DNA of 63,132 bases, counting the filler, from Globobulimina sp. (lineage: Eukaryota): the NCBI GenBank assembly GCA_003354225.1. It is 50 parts of 50 records of this genome, joined end to end, with 100 filler letters (N's around TTAATTAATTAA, not from the genome) between each part and the next. Parts side by side here need not be neighbours in the genome. Positions count along the whole stretch, not along the records: positions 22,775 to 23,939 come from PIVH01021893.1; positions 24,040 to 25,204 come from PIVH01021894.1; positions 25,305 to 26,469 come from PIVH01021895.1; positions 26,570 to 27,734 come from PIVH01021896.1; positions 27,835 to 28,999 come from PIVH01021897.1; positions 29,100 to 30,264 come from PIVH01021898.1; positions 30,365 to 31,529 come from PIVH01021899.1; positions 31,630 to 32,794 come from PIVH01021900.1; 42 more parts are not named here. One strand, written 5' to 3'. The position numbers and the translations under genes were made by a program. Below are positions 22,848 to 36,688 of this stretch, piece after piece. The notes below the pieces were generated by a model. That model had not been told where the DNA came from. It made no database searches and saw only the letters and a program-made list of their open reading frames with translations. Each line of letters begins with the position of its first letter. Position 1 is the stretch's first letter.

Positions 22848-24041
22848 TTGTTTTTTTAGTTTTTTAAATGTGCGTTTTTTAGTTGTCGGTTTTTTTAAGT
22901 AAGAATATGGAATATGATAAATAATAAAATCAAATGGGGTACAAGGAGTACACCCCCACAGTATTCTGATATATATATAAAAAAAAAGTTAATTAAAGCA
23001 CAGTATGAACTATCCAATTTCAATGAATATTGGAACACGTGTTTGCAAATTTAAACGAGCGTCCTCCGGCAAAAGAGATAAACTCTGCAGAGCAGAGGAC
23101 CTGTTTACAAACACTTGTTTATTGGTAAGTTCATAAAGCACAGGAACAACCTAAAAACAAATTTAAATTACATTTACAAAGTGTTTTTGATATATATATG
23201 TGTGTTAAGATCTGTGTTAAATGAAATTAACTGTGTTATTCTATTCTGTTACAAATATATTCTATGTTCAAATGTTATAACTTCAATTTCAATGATGAAT
23301 GAATATATAGATTTTAAAATAAATAATAAATTATAATTATATTACTAACTCTGTCGAAGGGAGTGTATCTGAGACAGACATACTCGGTCGGAGCAGATAT
23401 ATAATAAACAATCTCTTAATATTCAATATCATACGTTGTAATTAAAGGGCGCCAATCAATAGTTGTAAAAAAGCATGCATATGTTACTGATGCTGATGTT
23501 ACTGATCCAGATGTAGTATACATTTTAATTTACAGCAATAAAGATTTTCTATCACCAATAAAGATTCTATCGATCACCAAAAGTAGCTTTAACAAATGAT
23601 GTTGAAAGTTCAGAACTTATTACAACTTTGGCAAACTAATAAATTTAATATCGCGGTCCATATGTATTTAATTAAGGAATGATATGACAATATGTAACAA
23701 ATAATAATAGATAATAAACCCGGAATAAATATATTAATATATGTGAGGGAAAATGTACATGTATAACTAAATTAGTATTATAAATGTTGTTTGCTAACAA
23801 ACAAACAAATCAATAACAAAGATTGAAGTGAAGTGTTATAAATAACAAACGCATTTAATGACTACCAACTCACTAATACTGTAGTTGCGAACACTGCCAA
23901 TTAATGTATTAAATTACAAAATAATCTCAATAAAATATANNNNNNNNNNNNNNNNNNNNNNNNNNNNNNNNNNNNNNNNNNNNTTAATTAATTAANNNNN
24001 NNNNNNNNNNNNNNNNNNNNNNNNNNNNNNNNNNNNNNNAA

Positions 24042-25204
24042 ATTGAAGAATTGCAAGCATTGATTGGAGAGCAACAAAAGTCATTTAAAAATAGATTTGC
24101 CTCATTCAAACATCAAGATAAGAAAATAAAGGGAATGTCAACTGAAATGCGAGGTACATTGGCTCAAAAAAACACGGAAATCAGCACACTAACCACACAA
24201 CTTCGCAATAATGTAAGTAAGGAAAAAGATTTTCAGAAACAAATAAAAACTTTGCAAGATGCAGTAGAGAGCACTGACCACAAAAATAAGTTGTATGAAA
24301 AACAAATAGAAACTTATAAACAGAAACTTTATGTTTATAACAACAAAATCAATGAATTATCAAACGAGAAACGATTAGAAGATCATGTATTGAATATTGC
24401 AAATAGCGATGATTTAAACACGGAAATTGAAACATTAAAAGCAGAGTTATCCAAATTAAAAGGCGAAAAGATGTCAGACATTATCAAGATAGAAAAATGG
24501 CAAATATCATCACAAAGTTTGAAAAACGAATTGAATGAAATAAAACAACAACGATTAAAAACAAAAAGAGATATCGATTCTAATCAATTTGAGAGAAAAA
24601 ACCAAAAGAAAAAACCGATAGAAAACTTAAAAAAACAAATGGATGGCATACGTGAACAATTTAGTTTTAATGATATCACAAATAGTGATCACGATGCGGA
24701 TGCAGATAAAATGCAATTGCAACCAAAGAGAAAGTCCGTATTTGCCGAAGCTGTGCATTCATTAAATTCGTTGTTTAGTGAACCAAATAAAAGTACAAAT
24801 GCAACACCATCGCAAGTGAGCTATTCATATCCTGTAGAAAACGCGAAGTCAAATTTAGCAAAACTTTTGGAGAATTCACCGATTATAAAACATCAATCTG
24901 CTGAATATTTGGAAGACGATTCGTGTGATAAGAACGAAAAAGCAATAGATCCGCATTCCGTACATCAGGCAGAACAGATTCAACATCTACATCAACAATT
25001 ACATAATAAAGAGGATGAATTGCAGCATAAAGAAGAAATATTATCTCGTTTAAGTGAAGAGAATAAAATATTTAGACAGCAGATTTTTGATTTACGAGAC
25101 CAACTGCATTACGAAGAGAAACTGAATGAAATGAATAAGTCACAGCATCATATGGAAGGATTGTTGGAGACGTTGTATTCGGAAAGAAAACAACATAATA
25201 AACA
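24042..25204 (+). CDS. Coiled-coil protein, partial
   Basis: Long K/E/Q/L-rich heptad ORF open across the contig. Confidence 0.65.
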
Positions 25205-25745
25205 NNNNNNNNNNNNNNNNNNNNNNNNNNNNNNNNNNNNNNNNNNNNTTAATTAATTAANNNNNNNNNNNNNNNNNNNNNNNNNNNNNNNNNNNNNNNN
25301 NNNNAAATCCCCCCCCCCCCCATTCATTTAAACATGACAGAATCCAACACACCGTGTCATTGCCTACCAAGCAACAATCAGCATCCACAGATATCATCAC
25401 CAGACGACCTGAATGGCAGAACGCAAATAGCATTAAACGTTAAATGGTATTGTCCCAAACGAGCCCTTACCCATCACACATCGTCATGTGTCCAATAACA
25501 ACATCAACACACAACAAACCCAATGTGTATGCAATCAATTTATTAACAAAAACATGAATGACATTGAGCGACATCGCGTTGTCTGTTGCCACAAAAGTTA
25601 ATAATAATTTGTTGTATTATTTTTTCCGGAAATTTCTCACACAAATTCCACAACAAAAACACTATTTTTTTATTCAGTTTTTTGTTGCCGACAATGTTTT
25701 CGCATTTTTGGTGATAGAGAAAGTTTAATATCTCATCAAAAAAAT

Positions 25746-26219
25746 ATGAATGTTTTTAGTATCAATATTAAGAATAATGGACAACTATACATATGTCCGT
25801 ATGTCGGATGTGTCGGATTTGAAAGTTGTGAGTTATGGAAAGTGAACAAACACAAAAAATTACACAACAAACCATACAAATGCACACATATTGGATGTGG
25901 TAAATCGTTTGGTGACAAAAGGAATTTATCAGTGCATAATCGGATACATAGTAATGAGAGATGTGAGAAATGTACATTTTGTGAGAAATCATTTACGGAT
26001 CCAACCACTTTGCGACATCATATTAAATACATTCATGCTACAAATAAAGCGTATGTTTGCAGGAAATGTCATAAACCATTTAATAAGAAAACAAGTCTAA
26101 GAAATCATTTAAACTCACATTTAAAAAGGAATAATCGCATATTGTTTAATTGTAAGCAATGCAATGCGTCGTTTACAGTCAAATCAAACTTAAATCGACA
26201 CACATTAAGTTTCCATTGA
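25746..26219 (+). CDS. C2H2 zinc-finger protein (5 fingers)
   Basis: CPYVGC..H..H, KPYKCTHIGCGKSF..L..H.RIH, CTFCEKSF, CRKCHKPF, CKQCNASF. Confidence 0.9.
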   Translation: MNVFSINIKNNGQLYICPYVGCVGFESCELWKVNKHKKLHNKPYKCTHIGCGKSFGDKRNLSVHNRIHSNERCEKCTFCEKSFTDPTTLRHHIKYIHATNKAYVCRKCHKPFNKKTSLRNHLNSHLKRNNRILFNCKQCNASFTVKSNLNRHTLSFH

Positions 26220-27835
26220 CTCTTTAAGTTATTGCTTCTTTAATTTTTTTTTTGCATTATTTTATTGTTTTTGCATTATTTTATGTGGTGTTTTGCTTAC
26301 TAATAATTGAAATAATGTTCAATTTAATGAGTACGTTCCATTCTCCGTATTTTGTGGAGATATAAAAGTGCATCGTAAGAGCGAGGATGAAAGGCAAATC
26401 AGATAAAGCAAACTGCAAAAATGCCTATTAAGCTCAGTTCGTTAATTTTTAGCCTGTCGCCTGTGCTTTNNNNNNNNNNNNNNNNNNNNNNNNNNNNNNN
26501 NNNNNNNNNNNNNTTAATTAATTAANNNNNNNNNNNNNNNNNNNNNNNNNNNNNNNNNNNNNNNNNNNNTACATCATGCATTATGATAAATAACAATACA
26601 TTTTATCTTTAATCTCATTTATTCCCCAAATTTGTAATCCAGTTCCATATTCTTTGATATTCTCTCTATCCAACCAAATCTTACTTTCATTACCATTTAT
26701 TCTTCAAAATGTGTTTGTGCATTATTTCCTCACTTTAATTGCACTTATAATGTCTGTATGTGATGTGGATTTACACGAATTGCACGAATTACATTAATCA
26801 TGACACCTAAATGATAATATATATATTCATTTAGTGATCAAATAATATTTTTTCCGAAAGTCATGATGAATGACTAGCTAATCCTTACTGAAGTTTTGTT
26901 TCAACACATTTTGCATTGTGTGCCCGATAAGCAAACACAAAACAAGTACAGGGTTGGAAACACTTTCTATGTATTGATTATGAGATAATGCAGCTGAAAC
27001 ACATGACATTATCTCATAATCAATATGAGGATTGACTTTAAGGTGTTTTCCATATTTAAAATCCGACGACTCACAAATGAAATACATGCAAATCATAGGA
27101 ACTTGGATTTAATTCTAATTATTTTTTATTACCGGATGTCTTAGATATAATACATTGTTATTTTATGCATTCCATAGAAATGTAGGAATTTTATTATTTG
27201 CGATTATAATTATGAACAACATGTAGGAATCAAATATAATAATATAACAGAAACATATTCTTTCTCCCGTTCTCGATAAAGCCGTCTGTAAACAACATAT
27301 GTATTTATATCATACAATAAGTCATTTTCTTGCAGCAAATATTTATAAATAAACATAAAATTATCATCCACCATAGTTTTATTCATTATATCCTCATTCA
27401 AATGCTAGTCCAAAATATGATGGTATTTAATATATTACTATTTCCATCAAACAATGAAATTAATCAGTTTTCTGTATATTTGGTGCTGTACAATGTTAAT
27501 CCGTCTGCAATATATAGTAACGGATAAACATTGTGGTCTCAACTATTTACAATTCCTATTTTCCTTCAAAATGTTGAAATTCAGAATGAACGCAATGAAG
27601 ATGCAATAATGCAAACACAGCAAACATAAACACTGTCATAAAATTCGTTGATTCAGCGATGCCAAACAATGGAATAAAATCAACAATGTATATTGTTGTA
27701 TGCAAAGGCACTAAAATCAATAAACACGTATCCGNNNNNNNNNNNNNNNNNNNNNNNNNNNNNNNNNNNNNNNNNNNNTTAATTAATTAANNNNNNNNNN
27801 NNNNNNNNNNNNNNNNNNNNNNNNNNNNNNNNNNA

Positions 27836-28999
27836 TGTACTGTATATTTAAGGAACCAATGTGATCCAGACGCGAAAAGTACCAACACGACCATATGCCA
27901 GAGACTGATCCAACATATCAATTGGTGTAAAATCAATAAATACAATACGATAATTATGGGAGATTTTAATGCCCATATAGGTAACGATGAATATGGAATA
28001 AATGGTAATCATGATGAAATCAATAATACGGGTTTTATAGTACGAAATTTTATAAATGATAGTAAATTAAATCTTTTAAATAATAGTAAAAAGGCAAAAG
28101 GTCTATGGACTTGGGGTTTTAATAGAAATGCAAAACCGCAAATTCTTGACTTAATACTTGCTAACGATGAAATAGAGACAATACAAATAGAAATAGATGA
28201 GGAAAATACCAAATACGGCAATGGAAATGGTGACCACTGTTTTATTTTGGGTTCTTTCCAATCGAAATTCATAAAATCCATTGAATCTATAATAGAACCT
28301 AAACTCAAATGGGACATACGCGACGATACCAATTGGTCTAATTACAAATCAGATATTATTTTGAACTTGAATAATAAAACGGTACATAATGAAAACCTCG
28401 ATATGAAGGAAATCATAGGAATTATAAATAAATCGGGCGAAAATACAATAGGATATAAAAAACGTAAAAATTTCAAAAAGAAAATTTCAAAAAAAGTTAG
28501 AAAATTAAAAGCAGAAATAAGGGAAATTAGAAAGCAATTAAGACAATCAGATGTTGAATTTAAAGGTGCAAAATTAGATGAATTATTTGAAAAAATACGA
28601 ACAATTAAACAAATTAATACACGAACAGAAATGGCCAGAATCGAAAAAGCTCATAATAAATGGATAAATAATCCTAAACGAAAATTTCATCAATTATATG
28701 ACACAATGAAAACTTTAAAACGTGGAATCCGAGAAAATGTAACTTTAATAGATGAGGATAAAAATCCAATTATAAAACCGGATGAAATAAAATCTCATTT
28801 ATCTGGGTTTTGGGATGATATTTTCACTTTAGGCATTTGGCCCAAAGCAGATGACAATATGAAACGTTTAGGACTTTGTAACCTAATAAACGGGACAGAT
28901 AAACTAAACTTAGAAAATGAAATATCATCAGTTGAAATGATACAAGCGATTGATAAATTAAAAAACAATACATCAGCAGGGACGACCAATATTCCAGCT
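27836..28999 (+). mobile_element. Non-LTR retrotransposon (LINE) ORF2: APE endonuclease and linker, partial
   Basis: IIMGDFNAHIG, LNLLN...GLWTW, ILDLIL, GDH, then EISSVEMIQAIDKLKNNTSAG at the start of the RT region. Confidence 0.9.
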
Positions 29000-29099
29000 N
29001 NNNNNNNNNNNNNNNNNNNNNNNNNNNNNNNNNNNNNNNNNNNTTAATTAATTAANNNNNNNNNNNNNNNNNNNNNNNNNNNNNNNNNNNNNNNNNNNN

Positions 29100-30248
29100 C
29101 ACATAATTATGTATTAAATAACATAACAATACAATCACACACTGCATTACAACCAACTTCAAAATCAAGTGTAACACACTTCTTTTCCGTGACAAATCAT
29201 TACAAACACCAACAAAATACCCAACATATTGCCCAACCATATAACAAATAAAATATCCAATGCAAGATATCAATCCTTCCTTATTTTGTGATATAAAATC
29301 TCCAGACACCCTCTCTGCATAAAATATATAATCACTTCCAAATAAACATAAAAACATTTGGTACGCAATGCATACTATCACTGCTACTTTCAATCCATTC
29401 TCAGCTTTGATATTCATTAAAAAACCGAGAAAAGTAACAACAAACATCGTGAAAAAAAAATTCCAATGAACGCCATATTCAGAAACATGAGATTGATATC
29501 CAACAATCCATGTCGATAACAAACGAAAAATACCAAATACAAACAATGGGATGGATGATCTGAATGCAATCAAAAAATTTGAAGATTTACTTCCTTTTTT
29601 AACAGCGGAAATGAGACCAAGTGCAACGATAAAACAACCAACGCCAACATCCATCAATGAAAAGCCATACCTTTCACATTTTGCATATTGTCTCGGATAT
29701 ACTGTAAAGTCAACCGACAATATGGAGATAACGGTGTATATTAACAACGCAGTGCGATAGAATGAGATGAATAACTTTTTGGATTGATTACATCCGTGAG
29801 ACAATGCATTCAAATTTAGATTGAATATTTCCAGCTTTTGTGAATAAGAGGTTTGTATTATAAGGCAAATGGTGAAGAGATGCGTTGCTATCAATATAAA
29901 TATGAATGATGTGGAGTTATTGTTATTGAATATGAATATTGTTGGAATAATAAGAATGATAAATTCCAGAATGAATCGCGAATGTGATGATAATATTATG
30001 TTATGTGATATTGTTAAATAATGATAGAATGCATTGATTAATAAGAATGATAAGGGCAACAATGATATTATAAGTATGGTTTCTATCCAATGAGAACCAT
30101 TTAAATCAGAAACAAATTTTTCTTTTGCTAATTTGTATAATTCTTCATCAACATCTTCAAATATTGATGTTTGACCTAGTTTATCTTCAAACATGTGTTG
30201 TATTGTGAACTGATGCATTTGTTCAAAGTTTACTTTGCGAGTTGACAT
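29100..30248 (-). CDS. PIGW: GPI inositol acyltransferase PIG-W/GWT1, 3' truncated
   Basis: KEKFVSDLNG, ILSVDFTVYPRQYAKCERYGFSLMDVGVG, HVSEYGVHWNFFFT, QNKEG. Confidence 0.95.
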
Positions 30249-30364
30249 GATCCACCAACCCTAGNNNNNNNNNNNNNNNNNNNNNNNNNNNNNNNNNNNN
30301 NNNNNNNNTTAATTAATTAANNNNNNNNNNNNNNNNNNNNNNNNNNNNNNNNNNNNNNNNNNNN

Positions 30365-31530
30365 TGGCAAACATATAAACATATCTTTCAGCAAACTCTT
30401 CGTCCAAAATACCAATCCAATCTTCAAGATCTTTACAACTCCACGCCGTATAATCCTCATCCATTGGCCAGACATCATCACACAATCCAACAACACCTGT
30501 TGATTCTGATGCAGATTCATTATCTTTCTCATCTGTTAATCCCTTCCCTTCATTTCCCACCTTATAATTGCTATGCTTTTTAACCGGTACCTCTTCATTC
30601 CGAACAATACATTGTTTTAAATGAGAATGAAATTCCGATGCTTGAAAGATTTGTTTACAATAAAAACATGCCCTTGTACTTGGTGGTGGTGGTTGTGGTG
30701 GTGGTTGTGGTGGTGCTTGTAGTGGAGGGTGGTTGTATTGTTGGTTTGGTGGAGGCTGTGGTTCTGGTTCATTTTGCTTTGCTTTATTATCTTGTTTCAA
30801 TCCCATAGCTCCACAATCCACCACATCAATATACTGTTTTGTAACATCAACACTTCCTCCTTCTTGCGCATCATTCTGTGCATTTTGTACTTGTTGCACT
30901 TGATTTAAAATTTGAGCCTGAGCCTCTTTTATTTTATCATCTTTTTGTAACTGTCTCATTCTAATATCAATTCGAGAATATACTGCAACTTGAACTGCAT
31001 AGCGCACATAAAATTTACTTTTATTTGGTTTCGTTGCAATTTTACACGATAACAATGCAATTAATAACCACTCTCTTTCTCCGTCATCTACTTTCTGCTG
31101 TAACTATGTATATTTATTCATAAAAATATAATATAATATAATATAATATAATGTAATGCATATATTATAACTTTAAATGTGTCTTTATATTCATTAATAT
31201 CTTCGTCGGCAACTTGACTCAATGAGTTTTCGATCGTATTTGTCAATGCAGTCAAATAATGATCATACACACCCGTTGGCATTGAATGATCACTATTCTT
31301 ATCCCCAAATACAACTTTCTCAAAAAAATCTACATATTTCGGTACAATGTCGTCATGCATTCCAGTATGAAGCACCTGCCGCTCCATCAAAATGAATATC
31401 TCTTCTTTGCTCCAACCATAATCAGTAATCGTTGAAGTAAACTTATGTTGAAATTGCGCTAATTCCTCACCACTCAATGCCAAAGGTATTGCAATTTTAT
31501 ATGCTTGTTCTTGTTTTTCCTGTGCTTTGN
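30365..31530 (-). CDS. Hypothetical protein with Pro-rich linker, zinc-finger-like motif and probable SAM domain; intron 31104-31171
   Basis: A 68-nt phase-0 GT-AG intron joins the two tracked ORFs (FK|LQQKV). Contains CFYC...H...C and WSCKDLEDWI. Confidence 0.55.
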
Positions 31531-31784
31531 NNNNNNNNNNNNNNNNNNNNNNNNNNNNNNNNNNNNNNNNNNNTTAATTAATTAANNNNNNNNNNNNNNN
31601 NNNNNNNNNNNNNNNNNNNNNNNNNNNNNCATCTATTAATTACGGTTGGGCTCCAAACATTGACATTGCATAACGAGCGAATTAATTATATGAAAAAGGC
31701 CCCAAAATCGCGTTTTATATGTTATTTGCATTTCAGTCCACTGTGGGAATGTTAAAGGCTCCAATTAGAGACTAACCCGTTATC

Positions 31785-32070
31785 ATGTAAATGAGGCAGA
31801 CTACGATGATGTTTAAATGAAGTTTTTTACACAACATTCCATAGAGACAGACAATATGCAAATGAAGCAGACTACAATAATGTTTAAATGGAATGAGGCA
31901 TACTACAATGTTGTTCAATGTGACCAGTATATGGTATTAAAAGGGTCCAATTAGGTGTCTTTGATATTTGCCGACATAGACTTTATGCAAATGAGACTAC
32001 GATAAATGAACCTTTTTATACAACATTCTGTAGACAGACAATATGGAAATGAGGCAGACAATGTCTAAAC
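31785..32070 (+). repeat. Degenerate direct repeats in a non-coding contig
   Basis: AATGA(G/A)GCAGACTAC occurs about 4-5 times and TTTTTA(C/T)ACAACATTC...GACAGACAATATG twice. Confidence 0.7.
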
Positions 32071-32894
32071 ACAATAAATGGAAGGCCTTTAGTGTTCGTG
32101 GTACCCACAATATAAAACTAAAAAAGTCATTCCAATATTATATAAGCAACTGCTCCTGTAGTTGTCCGTACTACCTTCATTGATGCAGTAAATAACACCT
32201 CCAACTCTTACCAGCCTAATTATGCGGCCTCACGTTTTTGTGGCCTGGCTCTCCATCTTACATCTTAGCATTCAGTACTATCCTATTATCGAGTTAGGTA
32301 AAAGTGTTTCTACTGCATGTATGACAACATATGTATAACGACAAACTGCTATGGATGAAAGAAGTGATATGTCCTTTAATGACATGAAAAGGAAACGAAA
32401 GAAACTGGTATTGTTATTAATTATTACTACACGTTAATTATTACACCACTAAATGATGTATATTTAATTCTAACATGATTTAAGGCCTCCGAAACAGATC
32501 ATCTGTTAGAGCAAGACAATGGTAGATCAAATGATAATGAAGTAAGTTAAATGGTTTATGTACCTACACTTGTTTATGTACCTACATATGTACTATTTTT
32601 AAAAGTTATAACTGAAATATGTTTACATACCATACTTTCAATAAATCCCTATGTTTATAACATCCCCATGTTAGATAGAATATTATCCCCAGTTACATAA
32701 ATGTTGTGCAATGATGTTCTATAAATTGTTATTGTACATACATTATAAATAGTAAGTACATGTTTTCAATTTAGATGACCAATGCGGAAAGTTTNNNNNN
32801 NNNNNNNNNNNNNNNNNNNNNNNNNNNNNNNNNNNNNNTTAATTAATTAANNNNNNNNNNNNNNNNNNNNNNNNNNNNNNNNNNNNNNNNNNNN

Positions 32895-33401
32895 TTTGTT
32901 TTTGTTTTTGGCTTTTTTTTTATGTGTGTTGAATTTGTATGGTGTGGATGTATAATGCGGATTGTTGTACTGGTTTGAGATTATTATGTTGTGCTTATTG
33001 ATTAAGGATTTGTGGTGTTTGTCGGCGATGATCCATAGCGGTTTTATCAATGGAAAGCCTATGATTATTGAATAGAGCGAGTACGAGATGTATTGAATAA
33101 AAAATGGTTTGTTGTAATTGTAATGTGAGTGTAAATCTTGCATTAAATATAAGATCCATTGGTATGATAGAACGAAGACAATGATACATAAGAAGCCATA
33201 AAATATCTTATTTCTTCTTGTTTTTACCGATGTTTGTAGCTTGCGTAATAGTTTTTGTTTATTTGTCTGTTGGTAACGTTGCGCAGTTGAATACAGATTT
33301 TGGGGGATTGTGTCTATTAATGATTGGCGCGCTGTTGATAAATCTGATATTGAAGAGGTACTTTCAATACCACTGCTTATAGACTGTGACGACATTACCA
33401 A
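32895..33401 (-). CDS. SLC35F-like (DMT family) transporter, N-terminal part
   Basis: TM followed by YNKPFFIQYISYSLYSI, typical of SLC35F3/F5. Confidence 0.55.
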
Positions 33402-33427
33402 AGTTCACTCAAAAAAAAAGCTTTGAG

Positions 33428-33784
33428 TCAGAGATTTTTATGTATTTTCGTATACAAAAGTGTTTCTGAGCTTGTACGTAGTTGTTTGGTGCTACTATTT
33501 TTATTTGAATAACAATAAATTTGAATTGTGGATCCATCAAATATATCAAGTAATACATTCTCAATTCTCTCAATCACTACATCTACTTTACAACTTATTG
33601 GAATATTAATAAAGTGAGCAATATGACTTTGTTTATATTCTTTTTCTGGCCGTATATCAATCAATAATTTTTGTGACAAAAATTGTAGTGCATTGTGAAT
33701 ATCCATTTCTTCGCAATATTGACATGGGAAATCAGTTTCTTTTATGTCATCTTTTAGTGCTGGTTTGACAAACATCTCCAACAA
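33428..33784 (-). CDS. Rhodanese-like domain protein
   Basis: LLIDIRPEKEYKQSHIAHFINIP...IYCY. Confidence 0.65.
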   Translation of the reverse strand: MLEMFVKPALKDDIKETDFPCQYCEEMDIHNALQFLSQKLLIDIRPEKEYKQSHIAHFINIPISCKVDVVIERIENVLLDIFDGSTIQIYCYSNKNSSTKQLRTSSETLLYTKIHKNL

Positions 33785-34255
33785 CTAAAAACAGCTTAAA
33801 TAAATTGCTTGAGTTATACATCAAGTTCAGGTTAAAGAACCTGTTGTACTTTGCCTTTTGTAAAATTTATATTTCCCCTGACGGTTATTCGCAAGCTAAA
33901 GGTAAAACGTCCATGTGAGTGGTACCAGAGGTCTCTTCTGGTATCCTTGCACAATTATCAGATATGATAATGATATCATAAAGCTTTTGAATTTAATTAA
34001 TAGAGTTTGTGCATTTAAGTGAATTGAAAGTAAAATCACTAATCGAATTAGTTTTCACTNNNNNNNNNNNNNNNNNNNNNNNNNNNNNNNNNNNNNNNNN
34101 NNNTTAATTAATTAANNNNNNNNNNNNNNNNNNNNNNNNNNNNNNNNNNNNNNNNNNNNTATAATTGCTATAATAACTTTTCTATATGTAGACGTTAAAA
34201 ATAATTATTATATAAGCTGTAAGTTTTGAGTGTAGAAACCATATTATCTTTAACC

Positions 34256-35324
34256 ATGACGTTCAGTGCAAAAAACAGAGCGTCACAAGCGGCAAATTAT
34301 TTACAATTGTTGCAAGGTCCTGATTTCTGTGATGTTACGTTTGTTATTGGTCAGCAAAAAGAAGAAATTGGAGCACATCGCCTATTATTAGCAACCGTGT
34401 CTCCTGTATTTAAAAGGTTGTTATTGGAAAATGTAGAAGAAGAAAAAAAGACAAATAAGAAACAAAAAGTAGAAATGGGCGATATAAATGTCACTGCATT
34501 TGAATGTGTATTAAAATATGCATATTGGAATGATCCAAAATTAAATGAAGATAATATTGCATCCGTCAAAAACATTTGTGACCAGTATCAAATATCATCA
34601 TTGTCAGCATTATGTGATGAATATATAGAAAAGAAAAAGATAAAAAACATCAAAAACGTTCGTAAACAAGTAATCAATGCGTATAAAAAAGATAAAACGG
34701 CAAAAGATGACTGGAATGGGGTGACGAAAAAATTAAAATATGGCAAATATAAAAATCGTAGAATTGGGCAATTTGCAGTTCATCATATTTTAGATAGTGA
34801 CGGTATTCGAGATAAAATGGGTGCTATCATTCCCTCAGAGTGCAGATTAAAATTTACATTTGATCCAATAAATAAGAATGAATATAAATCATTGGAAAAA
34901 GCATTCAGATTATCAGACAAATTCGAGCATGAATCTGAAATGATTGTTTGTATCGACGATCGTTTATATAATTCGCAACTTTGTATTGATATTAAAGGGA
35001 CTGAGCATTCATTTTGGTGTAAATCGATTGGTAAATCTGCGTTGGATCATGCAATGGGTATTGAAGTTATGTTAATTGTATACATTTCGTTTTTGTTGTA
35101 TAATTAATTTGTTTTTTGATTTAATAGGTTTGTGATTATGTGATGAGATATCGTCCGCAGATAGTAATTCATTTTGAAAATGATGATTTTTTAATGGTAT
35201 TATCAGGGATTAATGTTGGTGTTGGTTTTTGCAATTTGTTTGAAAGAAAGAATAAAGTCTCTGGTCACCAAATGATACAATTTGAACCAGGCGATATGGA
35301 TAAAGTTAAAGTTGAATTTTTTGG
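34256..35324 (+). CDS. BTB/POZ domain protein; intron 35066-35127; 3' truncated
   Basis: FCDVTFVIG..AHRLLLATVSPVFKRLL..FECVLKYAY; a phase-0 GT-AG intron joins the next ORF. Confidence 0.85.
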
Positions 35325-36688
35325 NNNNNNNNNNNNNNNNNNNNNNNNNNNNNNNNNNNNNNNNNNNNTTAATTAATTAANNNNNNNNNNNNNNNNNNNN
35401 NNNNNNNNNNNNNNNNNNNNNNNNATACAAAATAATTACAAACACCAGTTGTCACGACAGCGTGATAACTGCAGCGTGTTTCTAATTTGGTTCTAACGCA
35501 CACGTGTCAAATGGGTGTTTTCACCACCTATCAACACTACGTACCACCCAGGAGTTAACACGACAAAAACAAAAGTTAATTAAGTGTTGTTTGTAAAATA
35601 ATATCAATATAACGACGTATAAATGATAAAATCTTGCGACTTATATAGAGATTCAGACCAATGAGGTCGAGAGTATTTGAATCGTTGTGACGTTTCGGTC
35701 TGAACAATGACCTTTACGAACACGTTGAGTTTTGTAAATTAAATTAGAAAAACATTAAGTTCCACACTAACAAATAGACAAACACACAAAATAAAGTTAA
35801 AGAAATATATAATATAAAAAAGTTTGAACCCAGGACAAAAGTAAAAAATAAAATTCAGGGATGTTTCGACGTAAAAAAACAAAAATAAAACTCCCTATAA
35901 ACAAAATATAGAATTCGAACAGATTTATAAAACACACAGTTTTGACAAAGATATTTACAAATAAAAAGAGAGAATATGTATCTATACATTAATAGAGAAA
36001 AGGGTCTCTGTTAATATTTGAAAATGAATCAATCATAAGATTTATAATATCAATCAATCATAAATCATAATTCATACTTAACCATAAAATAACACTTAGT
36101 TTGCATGGGACCAAATCATAAGCAGTCAATCCAAATAATTTGAGTGACCTTTAATATAATAATAATGATAAAAGATAAATAATCAAACACTAATTGATAA
36201 TGTACATAGATTTCAATGGAGAATGACAAATAAATAGGTGCTCCATAATAAAATTGTGATAATATCTATACAAAAATAATGGATTAATGAATTTGTATCG
36301 AAATCAAATGTAACAAATGAATTTGTATCGAAAACAAAAGTTAATGGTTGTAACAAATGAATCAGAAATTATGAAACAAAAGTTGTTGAATGCTGGATCT
36401 GAATGTAAAGAATGTGACAAAGGGAAATTAGAAAGAATTGTGCAGCATATTGAAACAGAGATGATTGTGTGGGACACGTCGAGATATTTAGAATGGTCAA
36501 GTGATGCTGTTGTTGAAATATAAACAATACGAAAATAAATTGCGTGATGCATTTAAAAAACAAGGTGTTGATGGAAGTGCATTACCGCNNNNNNNNNNNN
36601 NNNNNNNNNNNNNNNNNNNNNNNNNNNNNNNNTTAATTAATTAANNNNNNNNNNNNNNNNNNNNNNNNNNNNNNNNNNNNNNNNNNNN

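Noticed and set aside
23349-23400. GC-richer hairpin (GAGTGTATCTG/CAGACATACTC) as a structured RNA
   Set aside because: A single imperfect hairpin with no recognisable family motif.
26570-27734. Short ORFs in AT-rich contigs (also 35425-36588 and 50593-51756)
   Set aside because: No motifs and frequent stops; at most decayed gene remnants.
31785-32070. CRISPR array or ncRNA in the repeated non-coding contig
   Set aside because: Repeats are degenerate, irregularly spaced and nested, with no unique spacers of constant length.
35652-35706. Box C/D snoRNA-like segment bounded by TTCAGACC/GGTCTGAA
   Set aside because: Box C is imperfect (ATGAGG), CTGA lies inside the stem, and no target can be identified.
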